Source: Desulfuromonadales bacterium (GTDB taxonomy: Bacteria > Desulfobacterota > Desulfuromonadia > Desulfuromonadales > Geopsychrobacteraceae). From it: 64,000 nt of DNA. The position numbers and the translations under genes are program-made. Below the pieces are notes generated by a model. That model was not told where the DNA came from, did no database searches, and saw nothing but the letters and a program-made list of their open reading frames with translations. The DNA lies in the NCBI GenBank assembly GCA_032251255.1, contig JAVVDY010000005.1, positions 59,091 to 123,090 of the forward strand, written 5' to 3'. This document shows positions 46,792 through 57,900 of the stretch, piece by piece. Each line of letters opens with the position of its first letter. Positions within the stretch are counted from its first letter, which is position 1.

Positions 46792-47538
46792 ATGTCTGAT
46801 CAGGCGTTTGTAAAAGTAGAAAATCTGACAAAAAGTTACGGGGATGACATAATCCTTCAGGACATCTCCTTCGATATGCCAAAAGGAAATGTCCTGGTCC
46901 TGGTAGGCCCCAGTGGTTGCGGCAAGAGCACCCTGCTGAGATGCCTGAATGGTCTGGAAGAAATCCAGGGGGGGGCTATCTTCGTAGACGGATTCCAGAT
47001 TGACGGAGCATCAGCAAAAGAGTTGCGACAAGCGCGCCTCAAGATCGGTATGGTCTTCCAGCGGTTCAATCTCTTCCCGCACATGACCACACTCGACAAT
47101 ATAACCCTGGCCCCGATGAAACTTTTAGGCCAGAGTGGCCAGGAGGCAAGAAAAAACGCGATGGAACTGCTCGAAATGGTCGGCTTGCCGGACAAGGCCA
47201 AGGCCTACCCTTGCAATCTCTCCGGCGGCCAAAGCCAGAGAGTCGCAATTGCCCGGGCACTGGCGATGAAACCGGAATTGATGCTGTTTGACGAACCGAC
47301 ATCGGCATTGGACCCGGAGATGAAAGAAGAGGTGCTCAACGTCATCAAACGACTGCGAACCGAAGAGCATATGACCATGGCCCTGGTTACCCACGAAATT
47401 CATTTTGCCAGAGAGGTCGCGGATCGTATTATGATGGTCGCCGATCGGAAAATAGTTGAAGAAAACGATGCGGAGAGCTTCTTCAGCAATCCTCAGGAAG
47501 AACGGACGAAACAGTTTCTGCGACTGATCAGTCATTAA
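46792..47538 (+). CDS. Amino-acid ABC transporter ATP-binding protein (GlnQ-like)
   Basis: GPSGCGKST, LSGGQSQRVAIARALAMKPELMLFDEPTSALDPE, TMALVTHEI.FAREVADRI. Confidence 0.93.
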   Translation: MSDQAFVKVENLTKSYGDDIILQDISFDMPKGNVLVLVGPSGCGKSTLLRCLNGLEEIQGGAIFVDGFQIDGASAKELRQARLKIGMVFQRFNLFPHMTTLDNITLAPMKLLGQSGQEARKNAMELLEMVGLPDKAKAYPCNLSGGQSQRVAIARALAMKPELMLFDEPTSALDPEMKEEVLNVIKRLRTEEHMTMALVTHEIHFAREVADRIMMVADRKIVEENDAESFFSNPQEERTKQFLRLISH

Positions 47539-47576
47539 GCAGCTTACGAATTTCTCTCAGCAGCGGGAGCCTTCAA

Positions 47577-48311
47577 ATGATTTTTCGTGGTGGACCTAAT
47601 GTATATGGAGCACCTATCGGCATCTTAGGCCTGGAAACATATTACGCAAAGCTGCCGGGCCATGTAAAAAATGCCAGTACTTTCAACTACCCGGTTGTCT
47701 ACAAAATAGTTCCGGGGGCCGTTGTTGAGAGGCTGTTGCACTCACCCGACCCAGCCCTTCTGGCCCCCTTCGTAGAAGCGGTCAAGGAGCTTGAAGCCGA
47801 GGGTGTGCGCGCCATTGCCGGAAGCTGCGGTTTTTTGGCGGCTTACCAGAAAGAACTTGCAGATGCTGTGAGCATCCCGCTGTTTACCTCCAGCCTGCTG
47901 CTGGTTCCACTGGTCTCTCGACTTTTAAAAAAAGGGCAGATGGTCGGCGTCGTCACAGCAAGTAAGCGCGGCCTGACTCCTGAACATTTAATTGCCGTCG
48001 GTTGCGAAAATGTCCCCATGGTGATTGCCGGGATGGACACGATGCCGGAATTCCGCGAGGTCATTCTGGAAAACAGACGGATTGAGCTTGACGGCGACAA
48101 GCTTCAGGATGAAATTGTATCAGTTGCCGTTGAGATGGTTGAAAACCACCGGGATATCGGTGCTGTGGTTCTCGAGTGCACGGAAATGCCCGTATATGCA
48201 CACCTTATTCAGCAGCAGACAAATCTGCCTGTTTTCGATTTGATTACTCTCACAGATATGGTTTGTGCAGCATCTTTGAGGGTGCCGTTCAGGGGCATTA
48301 TGCCTCTTTAA
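47577..48311 (+). CDS. Asp/Glu/hydantoin-racemase superfamily protein (two-Cys type)
   Basis: 244 aa. It has two candidate catalytic Cys in AGSCGFL and VLECTEMP, with alternating beta-alpha pattern around each. The specific activity is unknown. Confidence 0.6.
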   Translation: MIFRGGPNVYGAPIGILGLETYYAKLPGHVKNASTFNYPVVYKIVPGAVVERLLHSPDPALLAPFVEAVKELEAEGVRAIAGSCGFLAAYQKELADAVSIPLFTSSLLLVPLVSRLLKKGQMVGVVTASKRGLTPEHLIAVGCENVPMVIAGMDTMPEFREVILENRRIELDGDKLQDEIVSVAVEMVENHRDIGAVVLECTEMPVYAHLIQQQTNLPVFDLITLTDMVCAASLRVPFRGIMPL

Positions 48312-48392
48312 ACGGGCACATACCTGCGACAGTAGCCCTGGTCATCAGGCCTGATTCCAGAGATGCTTTAATTTATACAGGACAAGGTTCAC

Positions 48393-49034
48393 ATGAGACA
48401 GAAAATCTGCAATATCATCCGCAAAAAAATAGTCACCCTGGAATACCCACCCGGTCACAGGCTGAATGAACAGAAGCTGGCCCAGGAACTCGGGGTGAGT
48501 CGCACACCTGTCCGGGAGGCCCTGATTCTACTCAGCTCGGAAGGACTTGTCACCATGGCGCCGAATGTGATGACCCATGTTTCAGAAATCAATTTGCAGA
48601 AGTTACGTGAATTAACCGAGTTAAGGCTGATCCTGGAACAGGGTGCTGCCCGACTTGCGGCAGCAAACAGGACGAAAGAACAGCTGGCGGAACTGGAAGA
48701 ACTGGCCGAAAAGATAAAAAACACAGATCCAAACGATCCATTACAAATGATGATCTGCGATACCGAATTCCATAGAATAACCAGAATTGCGGCCAACAAT
48801 TCCGAACTTGCTCAGCAAATGGTGGTAATCACCAATCAGTTCACCCGAGTCATGTACCAACTGGAAATTACCCCGACCCTTATCGCCCAGGACATTCCAA
48901 AAATTGTCGAGGCCATCAGAAAACAGGACCCTGAGACCACGGCAAAACTCATAACGGACCATGTTAATTATTTTATGGGGCTGGTCCGAAAAAAATTCGA
49001 CCAGGGTCTGGGCGGCCAAGCCCTGGGGTTCTGA
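48393..49034 (+). CDS. GntR-family transcriptional regulator (FadR/FCD subfamily)
   Basis: N-terminal wHTH (...LNEQKLAQELGVSRTPVREALILLSSEGLV) and an all-helical C-terminal FCD-like domain. Confidence 0.9.
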   Translation: MRQKICNIIRKKIVTLEYPPGHRLNEQKLAQELGVSRTPVREALILLSSEGLVTMAPNVMTHVSEINLQKLRELTELRLILEQGAARLAAANRTKEQLAELEELAEKIKNTDPNDPLQMMICDTEFHRITRIAANNSELAQQMVVITNQFTRVMYQLEITPTLIAQDIPKIVEAIRKQDPETTAKLITDHVNYFMGLVRKKFDQGLGGQALGF

Positions 49035-49377
49035 GTAAAGCATAACCACAGAACTGGTCACCTGAGTGGCGATGAATAAGTCTCGCAGTCGTGACCCAAC
49101 AGTTAAAAATTTCCAGAGACAGGACCACGCCTCTCAGCAGGGGCATGAATGGCGTATTCCCTCAAGGTGAATACTTTTCAGTAGCGACACCAGCTCAATG
49201 AAACCTGGCCCAGCTCCCCCTGCCTGCTCCAATAAACCTGAAAATTCTGATCTTCTATCCCACCCCCCCCCACAATGCGTCACTGAATCACAGGATTCAT
49301 AATTGCATCAACCCCTCAGCCGTGGTATAGCAACCATAAACGCTCGGCAGCCCCTACCGCAGACAATGGGTACCCAT

Positions 49378-51144
49378 ATGAAACCTTTGAATAAAGCCAT
49401 AGAGACAGCCCCCTCCCGATATGTCAGCAGACTGCTCGAGGCTGTTGACGCCGGCCTGATTGCAGTGACACATTCAGGCGAGATCCTCTATGCCAATCAA
49501 CATGCACTGAAATGTCTACAGCGGAGCACTGAACATCCGCTGCAGGTCGCCTTCCCCGAACTCTGGAACATCCTTGCGGAATTCAACCCGGCAAGCCGGC
49601 AACCGCTTACCTGCTCAGCGCCAGCTGAGGGCCAGAGCTACTCGGTCAACATAAATACCGTTTCAGAGGACAGCGGCCGGACAGTCTACATATGCTCCCT
49701 CTATGCCCATACACAGATAGAAAACCTGGCCCGGCAGACCAAGGCGTTTCAGGACCTTTCCCGAGAAGAGAGCGCCATAATCGACTTTTCCTCCGACGGC
49801 CTGTGGATCTGCGATGCCAATGCCAGGGTGGTTCGCATCAACCCGGCATCCGAGAGGCTGAACAATGTCAAGGCGGAAGAGGTTCTGGGCAAGCACATGG
49901 AGGAGATGATCGTTGAAGGGATTTTCGATAAATCGGTCACCCTTGAAGTCATTAAACACAAAAAGGTGACGAGCCTTTTGCAAAAAAGAGGTGATCGCGC
50001 CCTGCTGTTGACCGGCGCACCAGTATTCGACCAGGACGGGGTCCTGATCCGCGTGGTGGTCAGCGAGCGGGACGTGACCGAGATAGAAACCCTCCAGCGG
50101 GCGCTCGAAGACCAGGAGGCGCTGAAGAACAAGTACATGGAGCAGGCCCTTTCGTTACAGAAAACCCGCTCGGGGGAGCGTCAGATCATCGCCCGAAGCC
50201 CCGAGTTCATCAAAGTGATCGCCCAGTCGATGAAGCTCAGTTCGGTCGATTCCACCGTGCTGATCCTTGGCGAATCGGGGGTCGGCAAGGGCCTGATTGC
50301 CGACCTGATCCACGAGAATTCAAAGCGCTCAGCCAAGCCGATCATCAGGATCAATTGCGGCGCCGTACCGGAGTCACTGATCGAATCGGAGCTGTTCGGC
50401 TACGACAAAGGCGCGTTTACCGGGGCCCAGACCAGCAAAGCCGGCCAGTTCGAACTCGCTGACGACGGCATCCTGTTTCTTGACGAGGTCGCCGAGCTCC
50501 CTCTCTCCGCCCAGGTGAAACTGCTCAGGTTCCTCGAGGATGGCTGTATCTACCGACTGGGAAGCACACATAAGAGAAAACTGGACGTCAGGGTCCTTGC
50601 GGCGACCCACAGAGACCTCGATAAGATGGTCGAAGAGGGCAGCTTCAGGCTCGATCTCTATTACCGGCTCAAGGTCATTCCCCTGCAGGTGCCTTCCCTC
50701 AGGGAACGCCGCGACTGCATCATCCCCCTGATCCGCCACCATCTGGACTATTTCGGCGAGAAAGTGGGCACCCAGAAGCGCCTGTCGGCCGAAGCCTCCG
50801 ATATCCTCTGCAGGTATGAGTATCCGGGCAACGTGCGCGAATTGATCAATCTTTGCGAGAGGCTGGTCGTGATGACCGATACCTCCGTCATCAAAACGCA
50901 TGACCTGCCGCAGGACGTTATCAACTCCGCGGGGGGGAAAGGCTGGACGATCAGCGGCTGGTCCAAGGAGCGCAGGCTGGACGAAATCCTGAGCGAAGTC
51001 GAGGAGCGCATCTATCGCGAGGCGTTCGGCAAATATCGCAATCAGTACAAGGTTGCATCAGTCCTCGGCGTCAGCCAGGCCACGGTTGCGAGACGACTGC
51101 AGAAATACAGGATTACAGGAAACCTGGCCGACACCGCGGAATAA
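49378..51144 (+). CDS. Sigma-54-dependent transcriptional activator with N-terminal PAS domains
   Basis: Two PAS-like segments, then GESGVGKG Walker A, GAFTGA, ESELFGY, and a C-terminal HTH ([20 protein letters not shown]). I prefer ATG at 49378 over the TTG-type ORF start at 49303. Confidence 0.9.
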   Translation: MKPLNKAIETAPSRYVSRLLEAVDAGLIAVTHSGEILYANQHALKCLQRSTEHPLQVAFPELWNILAEFNPASRQPLTCSAPAEGQSYSVNINTVSEDSGRTVYICSLYAHTQIENLARQTKAFQDLSREESAIIDFSSDGLWICDANARVVRINPASERLNNVKAEEVLGKHMEEMIVEGIFDKSVTLEVIKHKKVTSLLQKRGDRALLLTGAPVFDQDGVLIRVVVSERDVTEIETLQRALEDQEALKNKYMEQALSLQKTRSGERQIIARSPEFIKVIAQSMKLSSVDSTVLILGESGVGKGLIADLIHENSKRSAKPIIRINCGAVPESLIESELFGYDKGAFTGAQTSKAGQFELADDGILFLDEVAELPLSAQVKLLRFLEDGCIYRLGSTHKRKLDVRVLAATHRDLDKMVEEGSFRLDLYYRLKVIPLQVPSLRERRDCIIPLIRHHLDYFGEKVGTQKRLSAEASDILCRYEYPGNVRELINLCERLVVMTDTSVIKTHDLPQDVINSAGGKGWTISGWSKERRLDEILSEVEERIYREAFGKYRNQYKVASVLGVSQATVARRLQKYRITGNLADTAE

Positions 51145-51166
51145 GCCCCTCCACAGACAGGCACAG

Positions 51167-51184
51167 GGATTCAATTTTGAATCC
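51167..51184. promoter_or_regulatory. 8-2-8 perfect inverted repeat (candidate UAS, or terminator of the activator gene)
   Basis: ggattcaa-tt-ttgaatcc, 23 nt after the activator stop and about 170 nt upstream of the -24 element. Confidence 0.35.
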
Positions 51185-51353
51185 AGATGCGCGATTCCGT
51201 TCACGCCTGAGTTCCGCAGCCTCAACAAAGCCCCAGCGCGGCGCGCCGATCGCCTCCAGCTGCCCACTTCAAGTAGCTAAAAACAGGGCATTTTTACTCT
51301 TCCCCCGAAGCAGCCACGGGAAAACTTCACGCCACCCGATATCCAGCCACGGG

Positions 51354-51369
51354 TGGCACAGGCCTTGCT
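51354..51369 (+). promoter_or_regulatory. Consensus sigma-54 (-24/-12) promoter of gabT
   Basis: TGGCAC-aggcc-TTGCT is an exact consensus match. It lies 69 nt upstream of the gabT ATG. Confidence 0.85.
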
Positions 51370-51437
51370 AGAAGACAATGAGTATTTGTCACACTTCAAT
51401 CCAAACAAACAACTCCCATCAAAAAAGGAGAAATTTC

Positions 51438-52715
51438 ATGTCCAATGCTGATCTGCTCAACCGTCGCAACGCAGCCGTACCGCGTGGTGTCGCCTCCGCA
51501 ACATCGACCTTTGCCGTCAAAGGTGAAAATGCTGAAATCTGGGATACCGAAGGGAAACGTTATCTCGACTTTGCCGCCGGCATTGCCGTCTGCAATACCG
51601 GCCACCGCCACCCGAAAGTTATGGCAGCGGCGGCAGCACAGAGCGAGGCTTTCGTCCATACCGCCTTTCAGGTGCTGCCCTACGAAACCTATGTCGCCCT
51701 GGCAGAGCGTTTGAACAAACTGGCACCGATCAACAACGCCAAAACCATCCTCATGACCACCGGTGCCGAGGCGGTAGAGAATGCGGTCAAGATCGCCCGT
51801 CACTACACCAAACGCCCAGCGGTGATCTCCTTTGTCGGCGGGTTTCACGGACGCTCGATGCTGACTATGGGCCTGACCGGCAAGGTGATTCCCTACAAGG
51901 CCGGTTTTGGCCCCTTCCCGTCCTCGCTCTACCATGTGCCCTACCCTATCGAACATCACGGTGTCAGTGTAGAAGACAGCTTCAAGGCACTTGAAAAACT
52001 GTTCAAGGCCGACGTCGAGCCGGAACAGGTCGCGGCCATCATCCTTGAGCCGGTCCAGGGTGAGGGAGGTTTCTACATTGCCCCCAAAGAGTTCATGCAG
52101 GGATTGCGCGAGCTGTGTGACAAGCACGGCATCCTGCTGATCTGCGACGAAGTACAGACCGGCTTCGCCCGCACCGGCAAGCTGTTCGCCACCGAATATT
52201 TCGATATCGAGCCGGACCTGATGACGGTCGCCAAGGCTCTTGGCGGCGGATTCCCCCTCTCGGGGGTCATCGGCAAGGCCAACATCATGGATTCCCCCGA
52301 GCCTGGCGGTCTCGGCGGCACCTACGGCGGCAGTCCGCTGGGCTGCGCAGCCGCCCACGCCGTCCTCGACGTCATAGAGGAGGAACAGCTCTGCGCCCGC
52401 AGCAATAAAATCGGTGCCCGGATGATGGAGCGTCTGCAGCAGATGAAGGAGCGCAACGACACGACCGCCATCGGCGACATCCGCGGACTGGGGGCAATGG
52501 TCGCATTCGAACTGGTCAAGGAACGGGGCGGGCACACACCCGACCCCGACAAGGTCAAACAGTTGACCGCCAGCGCCCTTGAACATGGTCTGGTGTTGCT
52601 CTCCTGCGGGATTTACGGCAACACGGTCCGTCTGCTTGCGCCGCTGACCATCCCCGAGGAACAGCTTGAAGAGGGGCTGGACATCCTCGAACGGTCGCTC
52701 ACTGAAATCGCATAG
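51438..52715 (+). CDS. gabT: 4-aminobutyrate--2-oxoglutarate aminotransferase (class III PLP)
   Basis: Collinear with E. coli GabT from the N-terminus (L.RR..A.PRGV......F......E.WD.EG..YLDFA.GIAV.NTGH.HPKV.AA...Q). AAGGAG RBS before ATG at 51438. Confidence 0.9.
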   Translation: MSNADLLNRRNAAVPRGVASATSTFAVKGENAEIWDTEGKRYLDFAAGIAVCNTGHRHPKVMAAAAAQSEAFVHTAFQVLPYETYVALAERLNKLAPINNAKTILMTTGAEAVENAVKIARHYTKRPAVISFVGGFHGRSMLTMGLTGKVIPYKAGFGPFPSSLYHVPYPIEHHGVSVEDSFKALEKLFKADVEPEQVAAIILEPVQGEGGFYIAPKEFMQGLRELCDKHGILLICDEVQTGFARTGKLFATEYFDIEPDLMTVAKALGGGFPLSGVIGKANIMDSPEPGGLGGTYGGSPLGCAAAHAVLDVIEEEQLCARSNKIGARMMERLQQMKERNDTTAIGDIRGLGAMVAFELVKERGGHTPDPDKVKQLTASALEHGLVLLSCGIYGNTVRLLAPLTIPEEQLEEGLDILERSLTEIA

Positions 52716-52729
52716 TGCCGTCACCTGGA

Positions 52730-52763
52730 CTCCCGGGCAGGAAGACCCTGTTCTGCCCGGGAG
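52730..52763 (+). terminator. 11-bp perfect hairpin between gabT and the AOR gene (attenuator or processing site)
   Basis: ctcccgggcag-(12 nt)-ctgcccgggag. There is no U-run. Confidence 0.4.
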
Positions 52764-52832
52764 CATTGCGAGATCAGTCCTTCCAGTGTAATCTGTACGA
52801 AAATTTCACTAGCGCGACACGGAGAGTATCTT

Positions 52833-54674
52833 ATGAAAATCCAGACCAGCGATCCCGTTTCAGAACCTTCGGCGATCCTCTACAAACGCTGCACCGTAAA
52901 CCTCTCCTCCGGTGAGCAGAAGACCGAGGACATCCCCTGCCGCAACCTGGAGGATGTTCTCGGCGGCTTCGGCCGTTCCTTTCAGGATCTGGCTGAGCGG
53001 GACATCACAACCGCCTACTGCGATGAGAACCCGCTGATCGTCAACACCGGGATTCTCACCGGAAGCGGCGTGATGACCGGCCTGCGGACCTACTTCTCCG
53101 GCTACAGCCCGATCAAGGGCTCGAAGAAGGGCCTGCCCGCCGCCATGTGGTCTACCGGCAGCGGTAAATTCGGCGCCAAGTTCAAGTGGACCGGGCTCGA
53201 TGAACTGGTCTTCGAGAACCGCTCGGCACAGCCGGTCTATGCTGTCATCCGGGAAACAGACTCAGGTCCCACGGTGGAACTGAAACCGGCCGATCATCTG
53301 CTCGGCCTCTCTACCCATGACAAAATCATGGCCCTGCAGCGGGAGTATGACAACGCGCACTTCGCCGCTATCGGCCCGGCCGGCGAGAACTGGGAGCAGA
53401 ACTACATGGGGGCGGTGGCCCTCTCGACAGAGAATCAGCTCAAATCGAAGGAAGACAAGTGCCGCTTCGCCGGACGGGGGGGCATGGGCAGCCTGATGGG
53501 ATACAAGAACGTGCTGGCCCTGGTGGCACAGAGCAGCGACAAGGTCAAAGCTCCCTCCGATGCGCTCAAGAAAGCCCATCTCAACGTCATCAAGGGGGGC
53601 GGGTCCGCCCGCATCCAGCCGATCAGCCGCGGCGGCGGCGGGGGCACCTGGGCTGCCTATGACGTCCTCCAGGCCTTCCATGCGGTGCCGGTCAACAATT
53701 TCCGCCCGCAGGGCAACGACCTGCCGGAGAAGCTGTTCAGGGAGAACGTCGAGCCGGACTACGACATCAAGTCGGAAGCCTGCTACCGCTGCGGGATCAC
53801 CTGCCACAACAACGTCTCCGAAAGGAACCCGGACGGCAGCAAGGGGGAGTTCCTCGCCAAGTTCGATTACGAACCGCTTAACCTGCTCGGCACCAACCTC
53901 GGAATTCACGACGCCGGCCAGGCCGCAAGGCTCATCCAGCTGGGCGACAACTACGGGATGGACTCCATCACCCTGGGGGTCACCGTCTCCTATGTGCTGG
54001 CCTACAATGAGCGGCATCCGGCAGCACCCATTCTCAACGGCGCCACCTTCGGTGATTACGAGAAGATCCGCGAACTGATCATCCAGGCCGGCGAGGGCAA
54101 GCTGCCGGAGATCGGCAAAGGATCGATGCGCCTCTCCGAGCAGATGGGCGAGACCTCCTACGCCTACCATGTCAAGGGACTGGAACTGCCCGCCTACCAG
54201 CCGGAGACCAACCCCGGCTATGCCTGGGCCATCGCCGGTGGCCACATGTCGATGGGCACCTACGGGCTGCTGACCCGTGAGGGGAAGTCGGACATTGAAT
54301 CCTGGGTCCGAGGGATCACCGAGGAGAAGCTGCAGATCGTCGGCTTCGACATGATCGGCCTGTGCAAGTTCTTCGATATCGCCAAGGGGATCGGCACCGA
54401 AATGGTCACCTCCTGCCTGCAGAGTGAATTCGGCCTGATCGTCAGCGAAGAGGAGTTGAAAGCTGCGGTGAAGAGGGCCTTTCTGCTCGGTCTGGCGCTG
54501 GAGCTGAAACAGGGCTACACCAAGGCGGAATTCTGTCTCCCGCAGGAAGTCTTCGATAACCCGAACCACAACATTCAACTCCCCTGCATCACCACCCCTG
54601 AGTTCATCGCCGAACTGGAAACCCGGGTCTGGGAGATTTTTGAGCCACAGCTGGAGAACATACTGAAGAGGTAA
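52833..54674 (+). CDS. aor: Aldehyde:ferredoxin oxidoreductase family (tungsto/molybdopterin, 4Fe-4S)
   Basis: 613 aa. It has an AOR N-terminal domain, the CxxCxxxC cluster motif (CYRCGITC) and a fourth ligand in DMIGLCKFF. GGAGAG RBS. Confidence 0.88.
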   Translation: MKIQTSDPVSEPSAILYKRCTVNLSSGEQKTEDIPCRNLEDVLGGFGRSFQDLAERDITTAYCDENPLIVNTGILTGSGVMTGLRTYFSGYSPIKGSKKGLPAAMWSTGSGKFGAKFKWTGLDELVFENRSAQPVYAVIRETDSGPTVELKPADHLLGLSTHDKIMALQREYDNAHFAAIGPAGENWEQNYMGAVALSTENQLKSKEDKCRFAGRGGMGSLMGYKNVLALVAQSSDKVKAPSDALKKAHLNVIKGGGSARIQPISRGGGGGTWAAYDVLQAFHAVPVNNFRPQGNDLPEKLFRENVEPDYDIKSEACYRCGITCHNNVSERNPDGSKGEFLAKFDYEPLNLLGTNLGIHDAGQAARLIQLGDNYGMDSITLGVTVSYVLAYNERHPAAPILNGATFGDYEKIRELIIQAGEGKLPEIGKGSMRLSEQMGETSYAYHVKGLELPAYQPETNPGYAWAIAGGHMSMGTYGLLTREGKSDIESWVRGITEEKLQIVGFDMIGLCKFFDIAKGIGTEMVTSCLQSEFGLIVSEEELKAAVKRAFLLGLALELKQGYTKAEFCLPQEVFDNPNHNIQLPCITTPEFIAELETRVWEIFEPQLENILKR

Positions 54675-54704
54675 TCCCCTCCTGAACGGGAATGTTCCAT
54701 AGTC

Positions 54705-54738
54705 GAGGCCCCCCGCTTTTTGCCAGGCAGGGGGCCTC
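54705..54738 (+). terminator. GC hairpin after the AOR gene
   Basis: gaggccccc-(16 nt)-gggggcctc, 30 nt after the stop. There is no clear U-run. Confidence 0.45.
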
Positions 54739-54983
54739 AACTCATCTGCCCCTCCATTCCCCCCATTGACATTGAAAAAATATCTGCTTTAAGTGAATTA
54801 GAGTTCAATCCTCATCCGGAGAGCCACATGCATTGCATCCGAGGAAGAGGAACGTCAATGGCCTTTTCCCTGTTCAATTAAAAATCAAACCAGCCTACTA
54901 AAGTTTTTTGGCCGTTCGGTGTTATCCTGTATCGGAAGAGGTCAGTAAATTGCCGGGCTCCACTTCCTGGAACAGGGGACGAT

Positions 54984-57900
54984 ATGAAACATATAATATA
55001 TCTTCTGATGGCAATATTCTTCGCGACAACTGCGTCACTGACAAGTTGCGGCTACAATGAACTCGGCGGGCACACTCCTGTTGCCGACGCCGGCCCGGAC
55101 CAGAATGTCAAAACCGGCTCACTGGTCATTCTTGACGGCAGCGGAAGCAGTGACGCTGACCCTGACACACTGACCTACAGCTGGTCCTTCAGCTCGCTCC
55201 CGGTTGCTAGCGAGTCGATCCTTTCTGGAGAAAGGACCGTCAATCCCACATTTATTGCTGATATTGACGGAACCTACATACTGAGTCTTGTAGTCAACGA
55301 CGGAATTCGAACGAGCACGGAAGATACAGTCACGATCATCTCCGCCACGGACAACTCAGCACCGGTCGCACATGCCGGACCGGATCAAAATGTTGAAACC
55401 AACTCACTAGTCACACTGGATGGCAGCGGGAGCTCGGATGCGAATGGTGATACCATTACCTACCTCTGGGCTTTCAAATCCCTGCCGGAATCCAGCATTG
55501 CCACTCTTTCAGATGAAACGGCTGTCAACCCCACATTCACTGCGGACCTTGACGGAGAATACGTTCTGAGCCTGGCGGTCAATGATGGTTCGGTGGATAG
55601 CGCGGCGGACGATGTCAGCATCATTGCTGCGACCGCGAATTCCGCCCCGACCGCGAATTCCGGGCCGAATCAGAATGTCGTGACCGGCTCAACGGTGACC
55701 CTTGATGGCAGCGGCAGTTTCGATGCCAATGGTGACAACCTAACCTATAAGTGGGCATTCTCCTCCAGACCGGACAAAAGCACGGCGACACTCTCCGACC
55801 CCACTACGGCCAAGCCCTCTTTCACCGCCGACCTGGACGGGTCATACGTCCTGACCCTGATCGTCAACGACGGTCAGCTGGACAGTGCCGTGGATGTAGT
55901 GCTGATTGTTGCGGCAACGGACAACTCGGCACCAGTGGCCAATGCCGGCCCGGACCAGAATGTTGCCACCGGAACGCTGGTCACATTGGACGGAAGTGGC
56001 AGCTCCGATGCAGACCTCGACCCGCTGACTTATGACTGGTCATTTGTGTCGGGGAGTGGAACCCTTTCTGACTCAACAGCTGAAAATCCCACTTTCACCG
56101 CCGACCTTGACGGAACATATATCCTAAGCCTGGTGGTCAACGACGGCCAACTGGACAGTCCCGTGGATGTGGTGCTGATTAATGCAGCGACGGGCAACTC
56201 GGCACCGGTCGTCAATGCCGGCCCCGACCAGAATGTTGCCATCGGAGCCCTCGTTACATTGGACGGAAGTGGCAGCTCGGATGCTGACCTCGACCCACTG
56301 ACTTTTGACTGGTCATTCAAATCGTTGCCGGATGGGAGTAACGCAACCCTTTCAGACTCAACCGCAGAAACTCCCACTTTCACCGCCGACCTCGACGGAT
56401 CATACGTCCTGCAACTGATCGTCAACGACGGAACAGTGAACAGCGCTGCTGACGCAGTCACAGTCATCGCAATCACGCCTAATTTGCCGCCAGCCGCAGA
56501 TGCCGGGGCGGACCAGGATGTGGCGACCGGCACCACAGTCACACTAAGCGGCAGCGGCAGTGTCGATCCGGATGACGATCCGCTGACGTTCAGTTGGGCC
56601 TTCACGTCCAGACCTGCCGGGAGTACGGCAACCCTCTCCGATACTGCCGCAGAAAACCCCACATTTACTGCCGATCGTGAGGGCACTTACGTCCTGCAAC
56701 TGACAGTCAACGACGGAACAGTGAACAGCACTGCTGACTCAGTCACAGTCACAGCAACGACTCCAAATTCACCACCCATTGCCGATGCCGGGGCAGACCA
56801 GAATGTGGCAACCAGTGGAACGGTCACATTGGACGGCAGCGGCAGTTTCGATCCGGATGGCGATCCACTGACGTTCAGTTGGGCCTTCACGTCCAGACCT
56901 GCCGGGAGTTCGGCAACCCTCTCCGATGCGGCTGCAGAGAATCCCACCTTCACCGCTGACCTTGAGGGAACTTACGTCCTGCAACTGATCGTCAACGACG
57001 GAACTGTGAACAGCACTGCTGACGCAGTCACAGTCATCGCAGTCACGCCAAACTCGCCGCCAACCGCAGATGCCGGGGCGGACCAGGATGTGGCGACCGG
57101 CACTACAGTCACACTAAGCGGCAGCGGCAGTGTCGATCCGGATGACGATCCGCTGACGTTCAGTTGGGCCTTCACGTCCAGACCTGCCGGGAGTTCGGCA
57201 ACCCTCTCCGATGCGGCTGCAGAGAATCCCACCTTCACCGCTGACCTTGAGGGAACTTACGTCCTGCAACTGATCGTCAACGACGGAACTGTGAACAGCA
57301 CTGCTGACGCAGTCACAGTCATCGCAGTCACGCCAAACTCGCCGCCAACCGCAGATGCCGGGGCGGACCAGGATGTGGCGACCGGCACTACAGTCACACT
57401 AAGCGGCAGCGGCAGTGTCGATCCGGATGACGATCCGCTGACGTTCAGTTGGGCCTTCACGTCCAGACCTGCCGGGAGTACGGCAACCCTCTCCGATACT
57501 GCCACAGGAAACCCCACCTTCACCGCCGACCTTGAGGGGGCTTATGTCCTGCAACTGATCGTCAACGACGGAACAGTGAACAGTGCTGCTGACGAAGTCA
57601 CAGTCATCGCAGTCACGCCAAACTCGCCGCCAACCGCAGATGCCGGGGCGGACCAGGATGTGGCGACCGGCACTACAGTCACACTAAGCGGCAGCGGCAG
57701 TGTCGATCCGGATGACGATCCGCTGACGTTCAGTTGGGCCTTCACGTCCAGACCTGCCGGGAGTACGGCAATCCTCTCCAATGCGACTGCAGCAAACCCC
57801 ACGTTCTTCGCCGGTCTTGACGGTTCGTACGTTCTGAGCCTGGTGGTCAACGATGGCTCGCTGGATAGCACCGCCGATGAAGTCATAATAACCGCATCCA

